This document shows, piece by piece, positions 23,781 to 36,600 of a DNA stretch of 64,000 nucleotides. Position 1 is the first letter of the stretch; each line of letters opens with the position of its first letter. Where the stretch lies: contig OX597820.1 in the NCBI GenBank assembly GCA_951406725.2, forward strand, positions 87,482,001 through 87,546,000, given 5' to 3'. Source of the DNA: Octopus vulgaris. Taxonomy: Eukaryota. Position numbers and translations under genes: made by a program. The notes under the pieces are model-generated. The model saw only the letters and a program-made list of their open reading frames with translations, ran no database searches and had not been told where the DNA came from.

Positions 23781-25795
23781 CCAAAAAAAAATTTTTGAAC
23801 AAAATATTTTATTGAAACTATCATTAGCCAAAGTGATTCTGTTCCATGAGGACTTTTGTAGCAAATTCATGTTTGTTTCTGCATACTAATGATGTGTATT
23901 GAAACAGAAATGTTTGTTCACAGTTGACCTGTTTCCAGAAAAAAAAAATGATTGTTTTCCATAACGGCATAGTAATTCAAGAAATTGATTATTTATCCCT
24001 TGAGATACTCAACTCTTCTCACTTGGAGTCAGTGTTAATCCCTCTCCCAACTGAATACTGTCACCTGGTGTCTTGAGTGCTTTTAGAAGATCTCAGTCTA
24101 TTGCAAGGATTTTGGCCAAAGGATAAATCCTTCCTACTTGTTTTGGGAGCCCTATAAAGGGTCATGGACAGTCTTCCCTCTTCACTGAAAGATGTAAAAA
24201 AAAAAATTCCACTAGGTATTCATTTGTCTTCTCTCAAAGATAATTTTAATAAATAAAGAATTTATCTTTGGTCTGGAAGAGTCCTGTGCCAGTGCCACAT
24301 AAGAAGTGTTCATACCAGTGTCACATTAAAGCCACCCAGCACACACTGTAGTAGCTGGTGTTAGGAAGGGCATCCAGCCATAGAAACATAGCCAAATCTG
24401 ACTAGAAGCTGGTGCAGCTCTCCAGCTTTCCAACTCTGGTCAAACTGTCCAACCTATGCCAGTATAGAAAACTGATGTTAAAGGAGCAGGATGATATTTG
24501 TTTCTATTATGTAGCTAGTTGACTTTGTGCAACAATAAAAAACCTATTTGTTTGGTTTGTGATAAGAGATTAGTAATGGCATTGTTCAAGCAAGAGTCCT
24601 AAAGTGAGTATAGTTTGACCTCTTTCCATTGTATACAAACATAACCTATTTTGTATGTGTTGTTGCACACATATTTTTTGTTATTGTTTGTTTCTGATAT
24701 CATTGCTATAATACAAAAGATTCATATTGGTATAAGGGGATAATGTCACCATAATAATGTTTGACAGCAAGCACATGAATGTGATCAACACCACTTTAAG
24801 GGTTGATGAGGCTGTGGCAGGGGTCAAAACCATCCAGAAAAAGCTGATGGATCTACATCTCAGCCACTAGAGAAACACATTCTTGCAGCCCAATAGTGTT
24901 GTGAGGCACTTGATGGACAGATCAATTAAATTAAATTACTAGGGGTCTGAGCATGCCACATCTCCAGCAATTTTTTGATGGTATACATTTGATGGTGATG
25001 GTCACCATTTGTTAAATATGTTTTTTCACAACTAGTCTCTTTATCAGAACTGTAATTCTGGATCAAACAAAACCTGAGACAGGATACCTGGCACTTGGAG
25101 TGCTGTCAGATGTAATATGTAGGTAGAAGTTCCACATCAGAGTTCTATATCAGATTATTGGCAGGTAAAAGTAACAACATTCTCAGGGAAATTCAGGGTG
25201 TTGTTATAAATCCACAGGCTGGTTTGTTCCAGGACTTTGGGGCTGGGGTCCATTGATTATTTCCAGAAATTTGTGACTTAGTAGTTCTATAAGTATACAT
25301 TGTTGCTTTGAGATAAAGTCTACAGACACAGAAGTGCTGTCAGCTGGATGTAGCCAAAAAGTGCACAGAGCAATGGAACCATCCTGCATGCATTTGTCTA
25401 ATGCATTAACACAAATGATTCGTTGAATTATATCAGACAGCTGCTATCAGCTAAATCCAATGTAAAGATTGTTTTGCCACTTTCCTTTGGATGAGAAGGT
25501 CATGCAGGTTTCATCTGTCTGGAGGCTTTGGCAAAAAAAAGTGTATGGTGAACCAAATTGAAAGGGCTGAATTCCAAACACTTTATTTTCAGACCAGTCT
25601 CTCATCAACTTTTACTTAAAAATGACAATGAAGGTGCAGAGTGCTACTTCCCAGCAAATTTATTGAAAGGTAGATGAGAATGGTAAGCATGGTATGAAAG
25701 AATGCATCTAGACTGGAGGACAACTGGGGTCGATGTAATCAATTAGTTACCAATCCCAAAATTTCAAAGCTTTGTGTCTATAGTAAAAAAGATTA

Positions 25796-25965
25796 GGCGT
25801 AACTTCGGTATAGGTACCAGAAGTACCGGATACATTTCAAGAAAGTGTTTTTTATATATATATGAGGGGTTAGGGTTAGGGGTGGGAGAAAAGGGTTTCT
25901 GTTATCTTCAGAAATGTAAACAAAGCCACTTCCGGTACTTACGGTACCTATACCGAAGGATCGCC
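25796..25965. mobile_element. MITE with roughly 40-bp TIRs and an internal GGTTAG tract
   Basis: TA|GGCGTAACTTCGGTATAGGTACCAGAAGTACCGGA ... TCCGGTACTTACGGTACCTATACCGAAGGATCGCC|TA. Confidence 0.85.
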
Positions 25966-26360
25966 TAAAGATTATTATTAAATAGAACTGTGGATTAGCA
26001 GAATTGTTAGTGTGTTGGAAAGAAAAGAAAAAAGCTCAAATTCTGTCGAGGTACCTTGCTGTTCAACCTTTCGGGATCGAAAAATAAAGTGCCGGTCTAG
26101 TACTAGAATCAATGGTGTTGACTAAACCCCCGCCATCAAAATTATTGGCTTTGTGCCAAAATCAAAACCAATTATGATTATTATCGTTCAAGTATTTAAT
26201 AATTTATATTCCATCAACAACAAAAATCATTCAACAATACTTGAAAAAAATAAAACAATAACAATATAGAAATTAATAGCGACAATAATAATTGAAATAA
26301 AATATCTGGTTTGGTACCATAATTGTTCCCAGCTGCCCGAAGCCCTAAAAAATAAGTTAC

Positions 26361-26520
26361 CCTTTCCTGATTAAGCGGTAAAAATACGGGCAGCCCGAAT
26401 CTTTTGCTTAAATCCTATTTACGGAAAGATATTGAAAAAACATCAATACGTCAGTGACAAACAAACGAGGGGGGTTTGGGTAGTCGCGAGAGGGGCAAAA
26501 AACAACCCTTAAATCACGCA
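26361..26520 (-). promoter_or_regulatory. Candidate promoter and non-coding first exon of the GST gene
   Basis: Locally CpG-rich, apparently unique sequence. Minus-strand donor AAGG|GTAACT at 26361/26360, CRE-like TGACGTA (26447-26453) and TCTCGCGA (26484-26491). The GST acceptor requires some upstream exon. Confidence 0.45.
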
Positions 26521-26966
26521 TTTTTGTTTTTGCATAATTGTATGAATACCAGCGTGTAGAATGCAATTTCGCAAACATTTTCTGAAAATACTGAAAAATT
26601 AAAAACTTATGAGTGGTTATGTGGAGTGCTTAAAGCAGGAAACCGCCAACGTGATAATATATATATAATCGGTGGTGTTTTGATCTTTGTCCCAGCAATA
26701 CATACATATCAATTACGGTTTAGTTTAATTGAACTCGTAGGAGAGGTAAAGCAACAAACAAATGAAGTCTGTCTGGTTTGTGATAAGAATATTTTGACAA
26801 AGCTCTATTGTTCATGAAGACAACGCCCAGTATAGATAGTTTACCTTCGTTTCACGATTCATTAAAATTATCCAACTGTAATACTTTATGTAATAACACA
26901 AAGACAATGTTATATATTATATTTAACCATTATCGAAATCACAGATGCATAAAGTCATGCAATAAA

Positions 26967-27058
26967 ATAAGTACAAACCTTTTGCGCAGCAACTTGTGAC
27001 CGTGTAATGACTATAAGTACAAACCGTTTGCGCAGCAACTTGTGACCGTGTAATGACT
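26967..27058. repeat. 46-bp tandem duplication
   Basis: ATAAGTACAAACC(T/G)TTTGCGCAGCAACTTGTGACCGTGTAATGACT occurs twice. Confidence 0.9.
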
Positions 27059-28607
27059 ACAAGTTAAACAAGTTTCTCAAGTTATGCACCCTTGTGTCTT
27101 TAATAAATCTGAATTTGCGTAGGTGTTTTTATAACTTTGTGTGCGTGAGTTTATATACACTCGGCGAGCACATGTATATAACTGTGATAACTAACTGAAA
27201 TTTAAAATAGATAGAACGATAGATAGATAGATAGATAGATAGAATGATAGATAGATAGATAGAGCTGTTGAGTACCGGGTGAATAGTTATTTTAGGTATT
27301 CATTTAAAAATATAAACGTTTAAAATGAGGTGACTAAAAATGATAGCTAAGATTGTTAAAAAGGAAAAGTGGAGAGAAAGAGGAATATCTGAAAATTCGT
27401 TAGGTTAGGTCTGGTTGAAGTATTTTATTATCAGCTCTTGATTTGGGAGTTGTGTCCCTTGCAGAGCTGACAGAATCGTTAGCACAACGAACAAAATGCT
27501 TAGCGACATTTATTCCGGGTTTTGTGTTACGAGTCCAATTTCCCCTGAGCTCGACTTTGCCTTTCCATCCTTTTGGAGTCGATAAAATAAGTACCGGTTG
27601 TGCATTGGAGTCGATGTAATCGACTAGCTTCCCTTAAATTTCTTGTGTCTATAGTAGAAGGAAAAACAAATTATGGAGCCCACTCATATGGAATCCTGTC
27701 CAACATAATAGAATAAGCAGTCAAATAAGATATTTTTTTCGTTTTATGACCATTACATAAAGTGGAAATATTAATACTATTCAGTGTTGACGAGTAGGCT
27801 GCCTGCCCCCCGCTTTTTTCTTTTTACTCCTCAAAAAATTTCTTTGAATTCTTGATGTTTTCAGCAACGGAGATGGCGATTTCCACCACCACAATGCTTT
27901 TGCTCTTAACTTTCTTTGATTTCTTTTATTTAATTCTACGCTTAAAAATACGGAGATTATTAATCTGATTTTTTATTTTCTTTTGTGTTTAATTCTAATT
28001 TTCCATTATTTTGTTATAAACATGAAAGAAATTATTGACAAGTTTACAAAAGGATCTCTGCATGGTCACCCAATCAGCAAGAAATAGTAGTTGGACTTCA
28101 CCCATTCTAGAGATCTCAGACTAAATAGAAGGAATAGACAAATGTCCTTCAAGCGGCTGTCACCCCAACGTCTTAAATTAATGGATACATTCAGTAACAT
28201 TCTCCAAGGTACACTATGATTACTGGGAGAAGGTCAAAATGTTCATAGTTGTAACGTCATTAATTGTAGGCCTGTAGGCCTACTGGATCAGGTCTGACTT
28301 GGGGTTAAACAATAATATGATATTCTATTTTTCCACTACCTAGTTTAGAAAATTCTTATTCCTACCAAAACACGATATCACAGTTTTTTTATTTTATTCT
28401 ATGAAGTTATGTTTTTTTACCAGTCAGCCAAAGCATTGAAGTTCTAAAGAATAGCCCAGTGAGTTTTAACAAACCTGATCGAGTCGAGCTAAAAAAAAAG
28501 TTTCAGAAATAAGAACCACGTTAGGATTAATAGGAAAGAAGACGTCAATAAAATTAGTCTTTTCGGAAAGGGGTGACAACTCCCAAATATGACGGCCGCA
28601 GAGCAAA

Positions 28608-28820
28608 GTCGGCGAACTGGCAGAATCGTTAGCAAGTCGGGCGAAGTGCTCAGCAGCATTTCATCCAGCTTTGCATTTTAAGTTCAAATTTCGCCGAGGT
28701 CGACTTTGCTTTCATCTTTTCGGGATCGATAAAATAAGTATTGGTTGAATAATGGGATCGATGTAAACGAATTACTCTCTCCACCAAAATACTGGCCTTA
28801 TACCAAATTTTGAAATTGAT
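28608..28820 (+). mobile_element. SINE family A (other copies at about 6740-6940 minus, 27462-27660 plus, 29722-29920 minus)
   Basis: Family head, B-box-like GTTCAAATT and the gtcgactttgc.tttcatc core. Confidence 0.82.
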
Positions 28821-30829
28821 ATTTATTAGTTTAATCTGATCTTTAGCAAGTATAATAATAATTCCAGACATGCTTGGATGATGTTCTTATGTAATTTCTT
28901 TTAAAGAATTCACTGTTCATTTGTAGAAGACTGTGAAAGTGTCAAATACTCTATTGGTAGTGTTATGTCATTTTGTAGTTAGACTGATCAATAAATCTAA
29001 AATTAATTAAACAATTGATTTACCCCAGAAATTCCATAACATATCACCAGGCATTGCTGAGTGGTTAAAAAGTTAGCTTAGCAACTATATGGTTCTAGGT
29101 TCAATTTCATTGTACATCATTTTGGGTAAATGTATTTTACAATAGCTTTGAATTGAGCAAATCTTTTTGAGTGAAATTTGATAAATGGGATCTATGTGGA
29201 AACCCTTGTGAGTGGCTGATTCAGTTGCAGTTTAAAGTTATACCCAGGACATATGTCCTCTCCTCCTAATTAATTAATTAAAATTCAAGAGTCACAAATT
29301 AATAATAAAAATTCGATTGAAAAACAAACTTGATTTAAAACACAATACTGGACAAAATTATTGACAAGTTGACAAAAGGATCTCTGCATGGTCAACCAAT
29401 CAGCAAGAAATAGTAGTTGGACTTCACCCATTCTAGATATCTCTGACTAAATAGAAGGAATGGTCACAGTTGGAATCTTTTTGACAATAGGTTTTTTTGA
29501 TCAGGATTATCCAGAGGTTAAGCAGTAACATTAAACAATAACAGTAGTAACTAGATCTTAAATCTTCAATTCAATAACACTTCAAGTGTTATATTATGTA
29601 TTGTTTATATATTATGTATTATATTATGTTCGGCTGTGTGTTCAATTCTCAATCACATAATTCCAGGTTTAGTCCTGCTGCATGGACCTTTGGACAAGTG
29701 TCTGTCACAATAACCATAAATTGATTTCAAATTTTGGCACAAGGCCAGCAATTTCAGAGGTGGGGCTAAGTTGATAACATTGACCCCAGTGCTCAGCTGG
29801 TACTTATTTTTATCGACCACGAAAGGATGAAACGTAAAGTTGACCTCGGAAAATGAAGACAGACAAAATGCCAGCAAGCATTTTGTCCAGCTTGCTAATG
29901 ATTCTACCAGCTCACCACCTTACACTATAACCATACATTGACCAATACTTCATGAGTAAATTTTCATTTAAAGAAATTATGCAGAAGCCCATCAGGCATA
30001 CACACACACACACACACACACATTTAGTCATGTAAGAAAGTCACTTCAGAACCAAATACTTAAGGTTTATTCCCACTGAGTGGATACTGTTGGCTGATGT
30101 TTTCTGCTATAGCCATGGGCTAAGCAATATCATATGAGCGAAATTTGGTGGATGGAAACTAGAATAAACCTGTTGTGTGTGTGTGTGCTTCCTGTTTCCC
30201 TTGTTTTCAAATATGCATGCTATTTGTAGAAAAAGTCATATCATCATCATTTAACGTCCGTTTTCCGTGCTAGCACAGGTTGGACGGTTCGACCGGGGTC
30301 TGATCTGGCAGTGTTTCTACAGCTGGATGCCCTTCCTAATGCCAACCACTCTGTGAGTGTAGTGGGTGCTTTTTACGTGCCACCGACACAGGTGCCAAGG
30401 GAGGCTGGCAGCGGCCACGATCGGTTGATGCTTTTTTATGTGCCACTGACACCTTCATACAAAATCAGAGCTGTTGGCTTACAACAAATCCATGAAAGCA
30501 TATCCTGCCATTGAGCTGTTCACAGTTCAAAAGACAAAGAGAAATATCATTTTACTTGAAGGCAGGTACACAGAGACAGAAAGAATACCTGGCTGTCAAA
30601 ATATCTCCTTCAACAACACTCAGCCGACTCATGCAAGCTTGGAAAAGATGACATCAAAACAATTGTATATGTGTACATGTGTAAAGTGTTAAATCCTAAA
30701 GCTATGCAAGTTATTTGCTCTAGTTCTCTGAAGCTACTAGATTTGTTTTGTAAATAAGCAGATTGGCCACTTGTTTCTCTGAAATTAGCCAAGTGATGTA
30801 GACACTCTGATGAGATCTCAATAAGAATT

Positions 30830-31312
30830 ATACACAGTGTGCAAGAGAGGAGACTGTGATGATTTCGTCTTGTGATATGGATGGATGAGGACAGTTGCAT
30901 AAAGAGTGCTGATCACCTAATGTGGGGGGAAGTTGTGGAAGAGTGAGACCCAGGAAGACATGGGACAAAGTATTAAAGGCTGATCTCAAAAGGGTGAGCC
31001 TTATAAAGGCAATGACAGAGGGCCATAATATATGGTGCATTGCTGTACTCAAGAAGACCCACCCACCACAATAGAATTGAGATCCTAAAAAGTATTGGTG
31101 TGGGTGCTGGTGCCATGTAAAAAGCACCCAATACACTCTGTAAAATGGTTGGTGTTACGAAGGGCACCTGGCCTTAGAAACCAACCCAAAATAGACTATG
31201 GAATCTGGTACAGCTCCTGGCCTTACCAGTTACTGTTAAGTTGTCCACCCCATACTAGCATGGAAACAGAGGTTAAATGATGATGACGATGATGATGATG
31301 ATGATGATGATG
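30830..31312 (+). mobile_element. RTE LINE 3' end
   Basis: Decayed W.GHV.RM...G...RGRPRKTW motif followed by the RTE 3' UTR and a (GAT)n tail. The same tail recurs at about 12640-12830, 24290-24490, 30240-30440, 38520-39030, 41430-41640 and 43040-43310. Confidence 0.75.
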
Positions 31313-31939
31313 TACCCTCAGTCACACAGTTATACCCAAGGAAAGTGAATGTTAAATAATAATGATGATCTTAGGGTTTAGTGCTGGAACTTGATTAAGA
31401 GGAAGGAGTAGTGTTCATGACCTTTCTAGCTTCTTAACTTTGTCAGATTGATACAATTTATGTTCAGCAAGAACATCTGTAAGCTGGCCTTTGAAAAGTA
31501 CATAGATGGGTGGAAGAACTTCCAAAAATGCAGGATACTTTTTTTTCTGCTGTAAGGATGGATTCAGCAAAGTGATTAATATTAGCCTAGCAGGATGTGA
31601 CAAAAACTGAAGTTAGATCCAGCATCCTAAGATCAGATCACACTATGTCCACAACTTCCTTGAGTGTGTTTTCTTCTTCTGAAGCCAGGACACATTTTTT
31701 TCTCTGTCATCATGCTGCATATCCATTGTATTTCCATATCAATAAAAATTTTAAAAAGCAACATCATTTGTTTTCTCATTACTACCATTATTTCAAGTAC
31801 TTAGGTTGATGTAATCAACTTACATCCATTACAAATTGTTGGCCTTAGACATAAATTAATAATTATCATTATCATAACTTAATTAGATTTAATATTATTG
31901 CTTTTATTTCATTAAACTTATATGTTCAAGTTGTCAAAC

Positions 31940-33785
31940 TAAATGGCCACCTCTTGGAACCTTTCAGTACTGAAAACTTGGTACACCAAGGATGACCATT
32001 CTCCCTGCTTTTATATATTTTAGCTTTAGAACCCTTGCTGCAAAGGATAGAGAATTTGAGGGGTATCCCGCTGGAACTAGGTTACAGGAGAGCTGTCATA
32101 TGTGGATGACATCACTGTCATGGTGTTGGACTCTTCAGACATAGAAAAGATCAACGCTATACTGAAAGAATATCAGGAATGCGCAGGAGCATTCATAAAC
32201 CAAAATAAGTCAGTAGGTCTACAACTAGATTCTTGGAGAAGCAAGTTGACTAGTAGTGATTTCTGTTGTTGGATAGAGGGTCTGGTGAAAGTGCTCAGAG
32301 TCTGATTCAGACCAGAACTCTAGGTAGCTAGGAACTGAAAAGAGGTCATGACTAGGGTGGCCAAGCTCACCCAGAAATGGGCAGAAAGGAAGTTGTCTCT
32401 GAAAGGCCGGGCAGAAGTAGTGAATGTATATATCAACTCAGTAGTGAACTACTGCTTAATCATTGTATCTTGTCCTAAGAAAACTCTGACCAGATTGAAG
32501 CATTTGCTCTTCCAATTCTTATGGAAGTCAGGTTTCACTGGTCAGAAAATTCATTTGCAGTCAACACCCACACCGTGGTGGTCTTAAGATGCCATCCTTA
32601 ATGATGCAGAGCCATGCTTTGAGGCTGTCGCATCTATAGAAGTATCTCAATCACTGTGACAATGTGGACAACAACGAAAATAAGGGTGAAATGGTGTGAG
32701 CGTCTTTTGTGTGACATGTCTTACTGCAGTTCAACTCATTGACAGAGCTGCAGTCATGGGTCAAACGTAGACCAAGGCTGAGTGTTTGTCATCTAGTATG
32801 TTGCCAGGTGCTCACTACATTGTACCATCTGCCCAAAACCATTAGCAAGAAAACAACCCAAGATTTCTATAGAAGGCTAGTTGAGGGTATGAGTGATGAT
32901 AGCCTAGGATTGAATCTAGGTATCGATGAGAACAGTGTGAGCAGTTTCTTTCAGAGGACCTTTGGGTTGAAGATCATAGACAATTTCCAAAAGTCTTTGG
33001 CTTAGCAGTGCAACAGAAAGGCACTGCCCACAAATTCGAGACAACCTCTTCAGTCATGGAAGTGCCAACAGCCAAACCTGCCCAAGATGCTTGCAGTGGG
33101 ACAAAACTGTCTTGCATGAAATAATTCAGTTGTCCATGCATTAGAGAGTTGTGTGATTGTGTGGAGCTGGTGTTGTCGCATCTAAGACGAATTCAGCTGT
33201 CTGCTGAGTATATAGTGAAGATCAACACACCACCTTCCTTTAGCAGAGAAGGAAGGCAGATTTTTCTCTGCTAAGTGGTTGTGGCAAAAGAGTTTGTGTG
33301 GTGGACCCATCTGAAAGGTTTGAAGACAGGCACATTCCTATCAATTTCTTCAAATATCATTTGAAGAGGAAGGTGAGGATAGAGAGGGAGGTACTGCCTT
33401 CTAGTGTGTTTATCAAAAGGTGGACGACAGTGGTATTACTGGTGAGGCTGAATGGATTTACTGAGAATATGCTTTTCTAAGCAGAAGGAAAGAAACTGGA
33501 AGAGGGTACTTTCCCATGCCTGAGAGATGGCAGAGTAATCCAGGATTTTTGTGTCATCTTGGATTTTACTCCAGACTACTCTAAGTGGACTGCCTTGCTA
33601 TAGTGAATTCTATTTATTTATTTAATATTAATTCTCTACTTTCTATTATATATTCTCTGTTATCTCCTTTAATGTGGTATTATCTCCACTTGATTAATGT
33701 TAACCAATTGTAATTTTTTGTGTTGTAATTTGTCCTTCAATATTGTCCTCCATGTCTTATGCCCTTGTGGCCAATAAAAGAAATC
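31940..33785 (+). mobile_element. Tx1/L1-clade LINE, 5'-truncated and decayed
   Basis: PFSPALYILALEPLL, YVDDITV, GAFINQNKS and W.ERKLSLKGRAEVVN, then a zinc-knuckle remnant (TCPRC) and a 3' UTR ending AATAAAAGAAAT. Confidence 0.82.
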
Positions 33786-33852
33786 ATTATTATCATTATT
33801 GTTGTTGTTGTTGTTGTTTTGTTGTTGTTGTTGTTGTTGTTGTTATTATTAT

Positions 33853-34262
33853 TGCCTTTGCATAGCTTCTAATGCTGGAGATTTACTAAGGTGTCAGCTG
33901 TTCACTACCAGTGAACTAAGGTAACACCTCTTATTTTTCGAGCACCTTCTGGAGTATTCAAGCAGTTTCAAGCAGTGCTGTTTTCTGTAAGTGCTCCACC
34001 CTTATTGCAGCCCCTATTTGTTCCACATACTTCTTGAGATTTTTGCTCACTGTTCCCAGGGCTCCAACTACTACTGCTACCTTTTTCATCGGCCAGAGCT
34101 ACTTAACTTACCAAGCTAACCTGTCATATCTCTCAACTTTTCTTTCTTCCTTATCGCATAGCTTGTTGTCAGCGGGGCATGCTATATCTATGATCCAGCA
34201 TAGTTTGTTTTGTCTTTCAATTAAGACTATGTCCGGCTTTTTCCTTCTCAATTAAGACTATG
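33853..34262 (-). mobile_element. R4/Dong-clade 3' fragment between (TTA)/(TTG) microsatellites
   Basis: KPDIVLIERQNKLCWIIDIACPADNKLCDKEERKVERYDRL...VVVGALGTV...LQKTALL. Confidence 0.85.
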
Positions 34263-34470
34263 TTTGGCTTATTATTATTACTGCTATTATTATTATTGTT
34301 GTTGTTGTTGTTGTTGTTGTTCTTGTTATTACTATTCTTCTTCTTATTATTACTATTATTGTTATTATTATCATTATTTCATTAGACTTATTCCATTCCT
34401 AGTTTTACTCTCAGATCACTTTTGCTCTGTTGTTCATGCATGCTGGCACTACACATCTAGTGGAGCATGT

Positions 34471-34949
34471 TTAACCTTTTAACATATAAACCGAAGTATT
34501 CTACATGTTTTATATTCAAGCTGGCAAGATCCAGCCTCTCACACCTACCCTACAATGTCATTCTAAACATAAACAGTCTTGGCATCGAAATATTAAGGCT
34601 ATAATGCATGATTAATTCAAAATGATGTGAATAAACAAGCACTATGTTTGACAGTAGTGGAGGCGTGTGGCTTAGTGGTTAGGGTGTCAGCATCATGATC
34701 GTAAGATTGTGGTTTTGATTCCTGGCCCAGGTGACGTGTTGTGTTCTTGAGCAAAACACTTCATTTCACTTTGCTCCAGTCCACTCAGCTGGCAAAAATG
34801 AGTAACACTGCGATGGACTGGCGTCCCATCCAGCTGGGGAACACATACGCCATAGAAACCGGGAAACCGGGCCCATGAGCCTGGTTAGGCTTTAAAAGGG
34901 GGCATTTATTTATTTATGTTTGACAGTAATCTGAATACTAAAGAGTTAA
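34471..34949. mobile_element. piggyBac-like MITE (TTAA ends) interrupted by a SINE; related copies at about 41105-41335 and 58688-58958
   Basis: TTAACCTTTTAACAT...ATACTAAAGAGTTAA. Confidence 0.65.
34657..34914 (+). mobile_element. tRNA-derived SINE, family C
   Basis: 14-bp TSD TATGTTTGACAGTA at 34643-34656 and 34915-34928. Head TGGCTTAGTGGTTAG and core GTGTTCTTGAGCAAAACACTT. Confidence 0.9.
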
Positions 34950-36407
34950 CTTATATCTTAAGTTTTCAAACATTCTTCCAGCATTCAGAGCCTATGTCTT
35001 TGTGCCATGTAACATCATACTTATTGCATTGGCATCCCAAAATCTCTCTTCAGCTGAAGAGAACAGCCATCTATATATACTTTGTCTTCATAAAACTAGA
35101 ACTATGACAACCTGGCTACAACTTCAGATGCTTTTACATTCGATGTGTTGTGTCTAATATACCAAGTGCTACTTGCTTTAGTTTGCTTAACGAAACAGAT
35201 GAAAAAAACCCTAAGATTCCATTCTTTCTATACAGTTGAGTGGTTTAATAGTAAAATGGTCAGCCAGCTGTGAAAAACATTTAATCAAATAAATTATTCC
35301 AGTTATTCAAGCATAGAAAAATAGATGTGAAACAGAAATATATTCAGGGTATCCAAAAATAATATAACATACTTTAACAGTGTGTGTAAAGGCATGTGAC
35401 ATAGTGGTGAGAGTTCAAATCCTGGACTAGGTAGTGCATTGTGTCCTTGAGCAAGAACTTCATTTCACATTGCTCCAATCCACTCACCCGTAAGTGAATA
35501 CCACCCTCCTGCTTGTATAGTTTTCTCTCCCTTCAACTGTCACAGTTATTCTGTTCTGCTAGGTCCAGGATAGAAGGACTGAAGGATGAGGGATGGGATA
35601 GGTTGTAACTACATATAGGTATCTAAAACAATCAATGGAAGCATGGTACAAGCTATCTGGTCATCATACTTACTTGCAGGTGATGACTAAGTTTCTCTTT
35701 TTCTACACATACTTACACATACACACATACTCTCATACACACAAACATATGCACACACACACACAAAGATTTTTTTTATGCAGCTACCCCCTTGCCCTCC
35801 AGGCTGCATCAAGCAATCCTCATTTCTCTACCCAATGTACACTAACTTTTTCCTGTTATATTTCCAGTCAACACTCTCCTCTCTCTCTCTCTCTCCCTCC
35901 CTCTCCCTCTCTCTCCCCTATTCCTTTCCCCAGTCACCTGAACAATCGTACATACTCTAGGTTATTGAGTACACTCTGCACATCTGTACATACACTCTTA
36001 TCCCCTCCTCATAACTGTCCATGACAGGTTTTTCTGCTGTCATTCCCCCCTATTCCCCTCATTCTCAGTTTATAAGCTTAAGGTCACTAAGTACTTTCTA
36101 CATATATTGTGTACAAAGCACTCCTATACCTGTGCTGGTTCCATGATGTTCTGTTTCCTGCTACACCTCACCCCTGCCTACAGGTGAGCAAGATTACATC
36201 TCTAATGCTGACACCATTAAAAGAAAAAAATAATCAACAAGGCTACCAATGTGGTTGTGTGGTAAGTTTGCTTCCCAACCACATGGTTCCAGGTTCAGTC
36301 CCACTGCATGGCACCTAGGGCAAGTATTTTCTATTATAACCTCAAGCCAACCAAAGCCTTGGGAATGGATTTGGTAAATAGAAACTGAAAGAAGCCCATT
36401 GTGTATA

Positions 36408-36600
36408 TGTGAACCACAGCGTTCGGTTTGTTAACTGGAAAGATGGTACCCACAGTCAACAAGTAGAGAGTAGGTGGGCCTCTATGAAGCAAGGTAATAA
36501 ACAATGCTGTGACACTCACCATTCTATAGCAAATTCATATCTCTGAATTTGTGGCACAGGAGATACGAAAATTGTGATTTGTTTGAGAAATTGATTAAAT
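36408..36600 (+). mobile_element. Merlin (IS1016/ISXO2-like) transposase fragment
   Basis: VNHSVRFVNWKDGTHSQQVESRWASMK matches the Merlin motif VNHS..FV....G.HTQ.IES.W...K. Confidence 0.75.

Noticed and set aside
25866-25885. Interstitial telomere (TTAGGG)
   Set aside because: Only about two units, and they are internal to a MITE.
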